Below, piece by piece: positions 25,370 to 32,473 of a DNA stretch of 33,849 bases (positions within the stretch are counted from its first letter, which is position 1; the number at the start of each line of letters is the position of its first letter). Both the position numbers and the translations under genes were made by a program. The stretch covers positions 1 to 33,849 of the IMG/VR virus record IMGVR_UViG_3300043120_000151; one strand, 5' to 3'. Origin of the DNA: a virus (Duplodnaviria > Caudoviricetes). The notes below the pieces were generated by a model. It was given only the letters and a program-made list of their open reading frames with translations, ran no database searches and was not told the DNA's origin.

Positions 25370-25415
25370 AAATTCAGGATTTGCTATTGTCAATATCTTG
25401 GATTTAACCTATCTC
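25370..25415 (+). promoter_or_regulatory. Lytic (PR-like) promoter and two candidate operators
   Basis: TTGTCA (25387-92)-17 bp-TATCTC (25410-15). Imperfect AAATCC-N-GGATTT palindromes at 25370-25382 and 25393-25405, 23 bp apart. Confidence 0.55.
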
Positions 25416-25458
25416 ACAATTAACGCACGGAACAAAAACAATGCACGGAGGAAAAACC

Positions 25459-25731
25459 ATGCAACAAATTAATCCCGTAACCAATTTGACCCGTTTTGAA
25501 AAGCTTGGCGTTGCTCTTGAGCGGGCTGGCGTGAAGATTGCCACCATCGCTGCTTATATGGGCGTCTCCGCACCTGCCGTCAGCCGCATGCTGCGCCAGC
25601 CTACCATTGCCCCGCATCGCCATGACCAGCTCACCGCCTTCGGGATTTCTCCCGAGCTGCTTCCCCGCCCCGAATACATCACCCCCGGACCCAAGCCGCA
25701 GGCGGACGACAGTCTGGGCGAAGCTGCCTAG
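25459..25731 (+). CDS. Cro-like HTH regulator
   Basis: IATIAAYMGVSAPAVSRML HTH; divergent from the repressor; GGAGG RBS. Confidence 0.85.
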   Translation: MQQINPVTNLTRFEKLGVALERAGVKIATIAAYMGVSAPAVSRMLRQPTIAPHRHDQLTAFGISPELLPRPEYITPGPKPQADDSLGEAA

Positions 25732-25816
25732 TCGAAATCCCATCTGCCACAGACAAAATTTCATCAAAAAGCTGTCATGATTTAATCCATACACAACTCC
25801 AACCCCCTAGAAAAGT

Positions 25817-26329
25817 ATGAAAAAGACACAAAAAAACACCTTGGGCCAGCGTGATTACTTTTTGAACATGTCGTTCGCGGCGGCCATGGAGCTTGCCGTG
25901 GGGCGCAGCCCGCTGAGCCGCGAGGATGTGGCTTTTCGCATGGGGTGGTCGCCTTCGTTCGCGGGCCGCATCTTCAACCCTTCTGAAAACTATTGGCCTT
26001 CTGTGCTTTCCATCCCGCAGCTGTGCGCCACGCTTGGCAACACCGACCTTATCGACTGGCTGCAGGTGCAGGCCGCCGCGCTGATGGAAGGGCAGTTCTG
26101 TTCCGGTTCCCCCCTGCGGGAAGAAGGCCCGCTGCTGCGCCACATGACAAGCATAGGCGCGGAGCTTGGCGACATGCTGCACGCAGTGGAGGCGGCTGTG
26201 GAAGGGGACGGCAACGTGGACGGGACCGAGGCCAAGCGCATTATCAGGGAAGCCCGCACCATGCTGCAGAAGCTGGACGAGCTGGTGGGTGCCATGACGG
26301 CAATCCGCGAAGAAGAACGGGACGCCTAA
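25817..26329 (+). CDS. Phage regulatory CII-family protein (186/HP1 type)
   Basis: N-terminal HTH (REDVAFRMGWS) and C-terminal ELGD...A..GDG.VD..EAKRIIRE helical domain; follows cro. Confidence 0.7.
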   Translation: MKKTQKNTLGQRDYFLNMSFAAAMELAVGRSPLSREDVAFRMGWSPSFAGRIFNPSENYWPSVLSIPQLCATLGNTDLIDWLQVQAAALMEGQFCSGSPLREEGPLLRHMTSIGAELGDMLHAVEAAVEGDGNVDGTEAKRIIREARTMLQKLDELVGAMTAIREEERDA

Positions 26330-26353
26330 CAGGAACCGTGGAGGAGAGAAGAG

Positions 26354-26749
26354 ATGAAAGCCGATACCGTGATTGATCGTCGCATGAGCGTTCTCAAGCT
26401 TGCTGTGCGCATGAACGAAGAAAAGGGATTGGACGCTGTGCTTGAAGCCTATGACGCCCTTTGGGGCAGGCTCACTACCGGCGAGGGGCTTGGAATTACC
26501 AGCGAGGAATTTGCAACAAGCCAAGTGGAGCGGTTCTTTTCCGCATGTGTTGAGGTGACCAACTCTGACGCGCACAAGGTGCAGCACAAGGTTCTCTTTT
26601 CCGCGTTCAAGGAATGGTGTGCCTCAGAAGGTGAACACGCCATAGGCATGCGCAAGTTCGGCGGCATTGTCGCTTCTCTGGTGGATAAGCATATCAGCTG
26701 CGTCACTTGGTACATGGGCATCCGCCTGAAGGAGACGCCCGATGCGTAG
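26354..26749 (+). CDS. Protein with primase C-terminal-like winged-helix domain
   Basis: VERFF..CV...LFSAFKEWC.SEG...MRKFG...YMGIRL resembles the C-terminal domain of D5/P4-type primase-helicases. Confidence 0.6.
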   Translation: MKADTVIDRRMSVLKLAVRMNEEKGLDAVLEAYDALWGRLTTGEGLGITSEEFATSQVERFFSACVEVTNSDAHKVQHKVLFSAFKEWCASEGEHAIGMRKFGGIVASLVDKHISCVTWYMGIRLKETPDA

Positions 26750-26966
26750 CACCCCCATGCCCCCCATTGTTGTCCCCATCGGCACCCGCGACCCGAACCC
26801 GTTTGAGGCCATGCTGATTGCCAACGCCATGATGGACGACAGACGCGCCGCGCTCGGCAACAGCATCTACGCCAAGCTGTATCCGCAGGGCTACCGCCTG
26901 CAGATGGACGACGACTTTTCCCGCGCCCGCCTGGTGCGGTCAAGTTCATGCGAGGTGTCCAGATGA
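26742..26966 (+). CDS. Hypothetical protein (74 aa)
   Basis: AAGGAG RBS; overlaps both neighbours. Confidence 0.7.
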   Translation: MRSTPMPPIVVPIGTRDPNPFEAMLIANAMMDDRRAALGNSIYAKLYPQGYRLQMDDDFSRARLVRSSSCEVSR

Positions 26967-27499
26967 CTCTGCCCATTATTGAGATTCACGATTTCTCTAT
27001 GGCTTGCCCCTGCTGCGGTGCCAATATTCTTCAGTGGAACTGCCGTAACGGCAAGGTGCTCGTTGAGGCTGATATCAACCTCCACGGCGGAGAGTTCTTT
27101 GATGCTTTGGAAGATATCGCGACCGCCTCTTCAGAGATGGCCTATGTCGAATGCACTTCCTGCGGGGCTATGCTGCTGGATGTATTCCTTGCTGTAGCAT
27201 CTGAAGCTCATGAAGATCGTGAATTCAACTACAGCGGGTTTGAAGAGGCAGAGTCTGAGCGCTTGCTGCTGTTTGAAGACATCGCAGCCGAACTGCAATG
27301 GATAGCACAGCAACAGTTTAATGTTGACGATCTTCTCCCTCTCTTCGGTGGTCCTTCCGCCAAATACAGCCAGATTCATCTGCACAGACTTGGATTGTTC
27401 CCGTCCACGGTTCTCGGACGCAAGCATGCGCAGTTGATGCTTGAAGCTGTTCTGCCGAATGCCCTCTCCTTCATGAAAGAATCAATGCAACCTCCCTAA
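26963..27499 (+). CDS. Hypothetical zinc-ribbon protein (two CxxC), AT-richer
   Basis: ATGA coupling, GAGG RBS; CPCCG and CTSCG. Confidence 0.7.
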   Translation: MTLPIIEIHDFSMACPCCGANILQWNCRNGKVLVEADINLHGGEFFDALEDIATASSEMAYVECTSCGAMLLDVFLAVASEAHEDREFNYSGFEEAESERLLLFEDIAAELQWIAQQQFNVDDLLPLFGGPSAKYSQIHLHRLGLFPSTVLGRKHAQLMLEAVLPNALSFMKESMQPP

Positions 27500-27507
27500 C
27501 CCTCTCT

Positions 27508-27722
27508 AGGGCCGTTCCGGCCCTCCGTGGTGGCGCGCCACGGGCTGCAATCGGGGTTCCCCTCCTTTTCCCCGACTCTTCAGCACATCCCCGCCCGCGC
27601 CATCACGGACAGCCGGAACACCGCCACGGCGGATGATGGCTGTATGCGGTACGCGCGGCACACCTACGCTGCGCCACCCGCATCAACTGAGGCAAGCGGC
27701 CCTTGCCCTGTGCAGGGGCCGC
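27508..27722 (+). ncRNA. Candidate structured cis-acting RNA in the early operon
   Basis: Nested helices 27514-21/27612-19, 27524-37/27596-609 and 27551-56/27570-75, plus hairpins at 27621-32, 27644-83 and 27696-722. Confidence 0.5.
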
Positions 27723-27758
27723 CCCTCTCACCAACCGGCACCGATTACGGAGGCAACC

Positions 27759-28142
27759 ATGTTTCAGCCCAACCCCCATCCCGTTCAGGCACACAAGGTG
27801 CGCTCGGCCAAGGCCGTAAGGCAGTGTGATGAGTTGCGCGCCCGCGTGCTGCGTCTTGAACTGCTGCTCAGAACCAGCCCTGCGGATGAAGCAGACCTCG
27901 CGGCACTGAACAAGGCCATAGGCAATCTGCTGCATCGTCACCGGGCCGCGCTCGGATATGAGCGGTGCACGGTGATTGATGCGTACCCCAAGGCGTTTTC
28001 GTTCGATGCGCTCACCCCCGCAGAGCGCGCCCTTGCAACCACAGCGGCCCGCCAGCGCGGGCAGGGAGTAGGCCATGGACTTGGACAAACTTCGGGAAGC
28101 GATGGAGCAGACAGCGGCTGGCATGGACCTGATGCTGCGTGA
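27759..28142 (+). CDS. Hypothetical protein (127 aa)
   Basis: GGAGG RBS before ATG 27759. Confidence 0.7.
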   Translation: MFQPNPHPVQAHKVRSAKAVRQCDELRARVLRLELLLRTSPADEADLAALNKAIGNLLHRHRAALGYERCTVIDAYPKAFSFDALTPAERALATTAARQRGQGVGHGLGQTSGSDGADSGWHGPDAA

Positions 28143-28251
28143 CCCGTGGATAATCGGCTGCCTCATTTTCACCGCAATCATCACCATCATCTGCGCCTTC
28201 GGGGCGCTCTATTCAAGGACGGAATCACGATGGCCAAAATCAACGAACTGA
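28075..28251 (+). CDS. Small membrane protein (58 aa, not in the ORF track)
   Basis: GGGAG RBS; MDLDKLREAMEQTAAGMDLMLRDPWIIGCLIFTAIITIICAFGALYSRTESRWPKSTN with one hydrophobic segment; fills the gap before 28230. Confidence 0.65.
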   Translation: MDLDKLREAMEQTAAGMDLMLRDPWIIGCLIFTAIITIICAFGALYSRTESRWPKSTN

Positions 28252-28487
28252 CCCCCAAGGCACGGGCAGCGCACATTCCGCAGACATGCCGGGAAATCGC
28301 ACAGCAGGCGGGTGCGTTTCTCGCCACCATGGATTGGGCAGCGCGGCGGGGATTCGACAAGGTGACGCCCGATCTGCTGCGCAACTATGCCCAGCACTGC
28401 GAGCTGCTGCAGAGCCTGCTTGTTGCCCGCGCCGAGGAACTGGAAGCTGCGCACAACGCCAAGACCCTGCAGGGGGTGGCCGCGTGA
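28230..28487 (+). CDS. Hypothetical helical protein (85 aa)
   Basis: AAGGACGGA upstream of ATG 28230; TGATG coupling to the next gene. Confidence 0.65.
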   Translation: MAKINELTPKARAAHIPQTCREIAQQAGAFLATMDWAARRGFDKVTPDLLRNYAQHCELLQSLLVARAEELEAAHNAKTLQGVAA

Positions 28488-28960
28488 TGCCTGACCAGCT
28501 GACCCACGTGTACCTTGCAACCCCGTATTCGCATGCCGATGCCCGCGTGCGCCACGCCCGCTTTCTGGCCGTGACCGCCAAGGCCGCCGAGATGTGGCGG
28601 GCAGGGTTCGGCGTGTACTCGCCCATTACCCTGACCCACGAAGCGGCTGTGCGCCACGATCTGCCGACAGACTGGAGGTTCTGGCAAGCCCTGTGCCGCG
28701 ACACCCTTGCCCGTATGCATGAGCTGCACGTGCTCTGTCTGCCCCTGTGGGAAAAGAGCCCGGGTGTGCGTGCCGAAATCGACCTTGCCCGCAGCATGGG
28801 CCTGCCCGTGATCTACCACGCGCCCGACATGCTGTGCAGGGTTTGCCCCGAGCAGGTTGTTGGCCTGCATCCCGATGCCCTTTCGTGCTCATGGGGCGAC
28901 TGTGCGTATGAAGTCCCGCTGCCTGCTGCGGAATATCCCGCAGGTGCCAAGGCGGCGTAA
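28487..28960 (+). CDS. DUF1937-like protein (nucleoside deoxyribosyltransferase-like fold)
   Basis: YLATPYSH...VYSPITLTH...W...LHVLCLP.WEKSPGVRAEI..A...GLPV motif. Confidence 0.8.
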   Translation: MPDQLTHVYLATPYSHADARVRHARFLAVTAKAAEMWRAGFGVYSPITLTHEAAVRHDLPTDWRFWQALCRDTLARMHELHVLCLPLWEKSPGVRAEIDLARSMGLPVIYHAPDMLCRVCPEQVVGLHPDALSCSWGDCAYEVPLPAAEYPAGAKAA

Positions 28961-28992
28961 ACAGCAACATTAACTGTGTGGAGGATTGGAAG

Positions 28993-29394
28993 ATGGAAGA
29001 GAAGAAGATTGACCGTGTGTTCACACTGGTGAGGGAAGATCAGTCCGCAGCGCTGGCCCTGCATGGCGGTTACCCGCGCAATGTTGTTTCCAGTTCACGC
29101 AAGTGCACGATTGAATGCCAGATGGTTGAGAAGGAATACCGCCGTACTCGCAAACAGTTGAACAAGCATGGCTGGCGCGTAACCCACATTGACGGCGATG
29201 AGTGCGACACCTGCGAAGATTGCGGGATGCCGATTGCCTACAACGAAGAATGCGGAAGGGATGAAGAAGGAATCGTGACCTGCATTCCCTGCTTGTCCAA
29301 GATGGTTGTGGATTGTGAAGAGGCGGAAAGCGGCAAGACCACCATGGCTGAATGCCTGAAATGCGATAACCTGCATGATTGTTGGAGGGACTAA
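28993..29394 (+). CDS. Cys-rich hypothetical protein
   Basis: GGAGG upstream; CEDCG, CIPC and CLKC motifs. Confidence 0.7.
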   Translation: MEEKKIDRVFTLVREDQSAALALHGGYPRNVVSSSRKCTIECQMVEKEYRRTRKQLNKHGWRVTHIDGDECDTCEDCGMPIAYNEECGRDEEGIVTCIPCLSKMVVDCEEAESGKTTMAECLKCDNLHDCWRD

Positions 29395-29397
29395 GCC

Positions 29398-29799
29398 ATG
29401 ACTGAGAAGAACATCACCCCTTTGCTGGATAAGCTCGACAGCGCATCGGCCATTATCGGTGACCTCATCGTTGAGGTTGAAACGTTTATCAAACAGACCG
29501 ACCCTGAGTTCCGTGAATTCCCCATGAATGCAAACATGTGCTCATTGAAGGCCAACAAGCTGTTGCTGGATGCACGGAAACACTTGACCCGCATGCCTGC
29601 CGTGATGGCAGCGCAGGCAGAGATAGACGCGCAAATATCAGGCTGCAACGGATGCGGTTATCTGACCACTGCGCGGCGGTTACACGAAGAGAACTATCAG
29701 CTCTATTGCGCTGCGTTCGACAAGTTCCTCCCGAAGCCGTTCCGCAAGGAAGGCATTACCTGCCGTGAACTGGCGAACAAGACGACGGAGGTGGCATAG
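29398..29799 (+). CDS. Hypothetical protein (133 aa)
   Basis: GGAGG RBS; C-terminal CNGC...C...C. Confidence 0.7.
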   Translation: MTEKNITPLLDKLDSASAIIGDLIVEVETFIKQTDPEFREFPMNANMCSLKANKLLLDARKHLTRMPAVMAAQAEIDAQISGCNGCGYLTTARRLHEENYQLYCAAFDKFLPKPFRKEGITCRELANKTTEVA

Positions 29800-29801
29800 C
29801 C

Positions 29802-30497
29802 ATGCCTGATATGCGCGACATTATCCGTGCCGGTCTGACGGCCCTTGGCTATGACGGTCTGTTCTACGCAGGCGAATGCGGCTGCGACATGAATGACCTT
29901 ATCGCCTGCAACCATATCGGCGAAGGCTGCGAACCGGGCTACAGGGTTTGCCCTCCCGAATCCAAGGACGCTGAAGATTACTATATCACCGGCATCAAGC
30001 CTGTGTCTGCCGAAGGGCAGGCCATGCTTTCTGCACCGCCTACCAACACCGAAATCATCGCCATCCTCAAGCGCTCGCTGCGCCTTGCCATTGTTACCGG
30101 CTCTCTGGGGCTGGAAAACCATATCCGCAGCCTGATGACCCGCATGGGCGTACCCTATGAGGATACGCTGATTGCCGAGTCTGTGGATGCTGGCAATGCG
30201 ATGGAAGGCGTGCTGCTTATCCAGCGTGAACGCCTGCGCCAGATCAGCGAAGAGGGCTGCACTGCCGAGCATGACGATGCCCACACCGGCTACGAGCTGT
30301 CGCAGGCTGCGGCCTATTACTGCATTGCCGACGATTGCCACGACTCGGAACTGGTTTTCCCCTCTACGTGGGGCAACGCCCACATGAAGCGCAAGGGCTT
30401 CCCCTTCCCGACCATCAAGGACCTCATCAAGGCCGGTGCCTTGTGCGCCGCCGAGATTGACCGCCTGCAGCGTTTGCAGGCGAAGGAGGCAGCATAG
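29802..30497 (+). CDS. Two-domain phage early protein
   Basis: N-terminal GYDGL..GECGC domain; C-terminal ERLRQ..EG...EHDD...ELSQAA...DLIKAGAL.AAEIDRL, a pattern I recognise from phage early regions. Confidence 0.75.
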   Translation: MPDMRDIIRAGLTALGYDGLFYAGECGCDMNDLIACNHIGEGCEPGYRVCPPESKDAEDYYITGIKPVSAEGQAMLSAPPTNTEIIAILKRSLRLAIVTGSLGLENHIRSLMTRMGVPYEDTLIAESVDAGNAMEGVLLIQRERLRQISEEGCTAEHDDAHTGYELSQAAAYYCIADDCHDSELVFPSTWGNAHMKRKGFPFPTIKDLIKAGALCAAEIDRLQRLQAKEAA

Positions 30498-30499
30498 CC

Positions 30500-30799
30500 A
30501 TGACCCCCACTCTCAAAGTCGATTCCCGTCTGTTCTGGCTGGTGGCACAGTTCCGCAGCCTTGACCCTGATCTGGAATCAATCCATTGCGTGGCCGTGCA
30601 GCCTCATCCCGAAAAGGGTGTGTATATCGTGGCCCTGAACGGGTTTCATGCCGGTATTGCCCACGACGAAAACGGCGAGGCCAGCGAAAGCTTTGTGCTG
30701 CGCTACTGCAAAGATGCCGCAAACCCCGGTCTTGCTGCCCGCCTTGTGTGGGAACCTGAGCCGGTTATGGAACAATGCAACCTGTTGGAGGTGGCGTGA
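30500..30799 (+). CDS. Hypothetical protein, possibly a truncated beta-clamp-like phage protein
   Basis: V.VQPHP.KGVYIVALNGF resembles the IVATDGH motif; short, ending in the LLEVA junction. Confidence 0.5.
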   Translation: MTPTLKVDSRLFWLVAQFRSLDPDLESIHCVAVQPHPEKGVYIVALNGFHAGIAHDENGEASESFVLRYCKDAANPGLAARLVWEPEPVMEQCNLLEVA

Positions 30800-31626
30800 T
30801 GGTTACCCGCCCTGTACTCCGCTATCACGGTGGCAAATGGAAGCTGGCAAAGTGGGTTATCGCGCACTTCCCGCAGCACGACATTTACGTGGAGCCGTTC
30901 GGCGGTGCCGCGTCTGTGTTGCTGCAGAAAGAACGGTCAAGGTCCGAGGTCTACAACGACAAGTATGACAATGTGGTGAATGTGTTTCGCGTATTGCGCG
31001 ACCCAGATGCAGCAAAAGAATTGCAACGCCTTTGCTTGCTCACTCCGTTTTCCAAATCCGAATTGGAGCTCGCCGGAGAGCCATCAGGAGACCCCGTTGA
31101 GCAGGCAAGGCGGACAATAGTCTTGTCGTTTATGGGCAGGCAGCCTGAAGGGGTGACGGGCTCAAGAACGCGCACGTTACGATTCTATCGCGATGGAAAC
31201 TCCGTATCGAGAGAGTGGGCCGTCTGGCCGGAAGAAATCGCGGCTTTCGTTGACAGATTGCGAGGGGTGACAATTGAACAGCAGGACGCTCTTTCAGTCA
31301 TAGCCAAGTACGACACCCCGTCTACGTTGCTGTTTGTTGACCCCCCGTATGTGCACTCTACAAGGAGCGATATCCAAGCATCTAGGGGCAGCTATCATCA
31401 TGAGATGAGCGATGCGGACCATGAAGGTTTGTCCCGAGTTCTCCATTCCTGCAAAGGCATGGTTGTCCTGTCAGGATACTCCTGTGAGCTGTACCGAGAC
31501 CTGTACTCTGATTGGAACATTGTGACTCGCAAGCACTATGCAGAACAGGCAAGTCCGCGCACCGAGTGCCTGTGGTTATCGCCCAATGTCACGCCCGCAC
31601 AGGGCAAACTGTTGGAGGTGGCTTAG
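30799..31626 (+). CDS. DNA adenine methyltransferase (Dam/D12 family)
   Basis: LRYHGGK, YVEPFGGAASV, EVYND and FVDPPY motifs. Confidence 0.95.
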   Translation: MVTRPVLRYHGGKWKLAKWVIAHFPQHDIYVEPFGGAASVLLQKERSRSEVYNDKYDNVVNVFRVLRDPDAAKELQRLCLLTPFSKSELELAGEPSGDPVEQARRTIVLSFMGRQPEGVTGSRTRTLRFYRDGNSVSREWAVWPEEIAAFVDRLRGVTIEQQDALSVIAKYDTPSTLLFVDPPYVHSTRSDIQASRGSYHHEMSDADHEGLSRVLHSCKGMVVLSGYSCELYRDLYSDWNIVTRKHYAEQASPRTECLWLSPNVTPAQGKLLEVA

Positions 31627-31628
31627 CC

Positions 31629-32174
31629 ATGTCAAAGCCCGATAAGCAATCCAGAATCGAGGCCGCCCGCACGGCGCGCCGTACCCATATGTGCCTTGCC
31701 ATGCTGCAGGAGGATGTTGAAACCCTGCGCAACAGCGGGGCCATGAGCGACAAGCTGAACGCGCAGGCCGACAAGGTGCTGCGCTGGATAAAGGACGCCA
31801 TGCGCGACGCTGGCACCAACTGTCACAGCGCTGCCTACTGGCGCGAGTTCCGCGCCGACATGGCCGCCTGTCTGCGTCTGCGCGACACGCATCTGGACGC
31901 TGTACCAGGCCGTGACGGCTATACGGTAATTGAGGTGGCTGGCAGCCTGCTCGGCACGGCCACGCTTGTATGGGACTGCCGCGCACTGAGTACCCGCCGT
32001 TCCCTGCCGTGGCGCTATCTGGACATGACCTTGACCACCTTCCTTTCCGTCATTCTCGGCGAGTTGGCAGAGTTTGCCGTGGAAGCATCCGGCCATGCCC
32101 TCTATGAGCGCCTGCAGGCCGTGATCTTCGGAACCGATCAACCCGCCGCCGGTTCACTCGCGGCGGCCGCGTAG
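31629..32174 (+). CDS. Hypothetical helical protein (181 aa)
   Basis: GGAGG...TAGCCATG junction. Confidence 0.7.
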   Translation: MSKPDKQSRIEAARTARRTHMCLAMLQEDVETLRNSGAMSDKLNAQADKVLRWIKDAMRDAGTNCHSAAYWREFRADMAACLRLRDTHLDAVPGRDGYTVIEVAGSLLGTATLVWDCRALSTRRSLPWRYLDMTLTTFLSVILGELAEFAVEASGHALYERLQAVIFGTDQPAAGSLAAAA

Positions 32175-32185
32175 GGGGTGGGGTG

Positions 32186-32473
32186 ATGACACAGGTTATC
32201 GTCATGACTCCGGAAGAGGTGCAGGATCTCATCCGTACCACGGTTGAACAAGCTGTTGCGGCAAGGGCGGCGCTTCCTGCTCCCAAAAGGCTGATGACAG
32301 TGGAGCAGGTGGAAGAAGAGTACGGCCTGAACAAGAAGAATCTGGAACGCTGGCGCTCTGCGGGCGAGGGGCCGCCGTACTCGAAGATAGGAAAGCGGGT
32401 GTTCTACCAGCGTGCGGAATTGGAGAAGTTCGTGGAGGAAAACAGGATTCTGACTACCGGGAGGGCTGCCTAG
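32186..32473 (+). CDS. xis: Excisionase-like HTH (MerR/HTH_17 type)
   Basis: LMTVEQVEEEYGL.KKNLERWR..GEGP.Y.KIGKRVFY...LEKFV; adjacent to the integrase. Confidence 0.85.
   Translation: MTQVIVMTPEEVQDLIRTTVEQAVAARAALPAPKRLMTVEQVEEEYGLNKKNLERWRSAGEGPPYSKIGKRVFYQRAELEKFVEENRILTTGRAA

Noticed and set aside
27527-27829. Track ORF 27527..27829 and the upstream extension of 27633..28142
   Set aside because: No RBS and low-complexity translation. A clear GGAGG precedes ATG 27759, and the gap is better explained by RNA structure.
30799-32174. Restriction-modification system
   Set aside because: No adjacent endonuclease motif recognised; an orphan phage methylase is the simpler reading.
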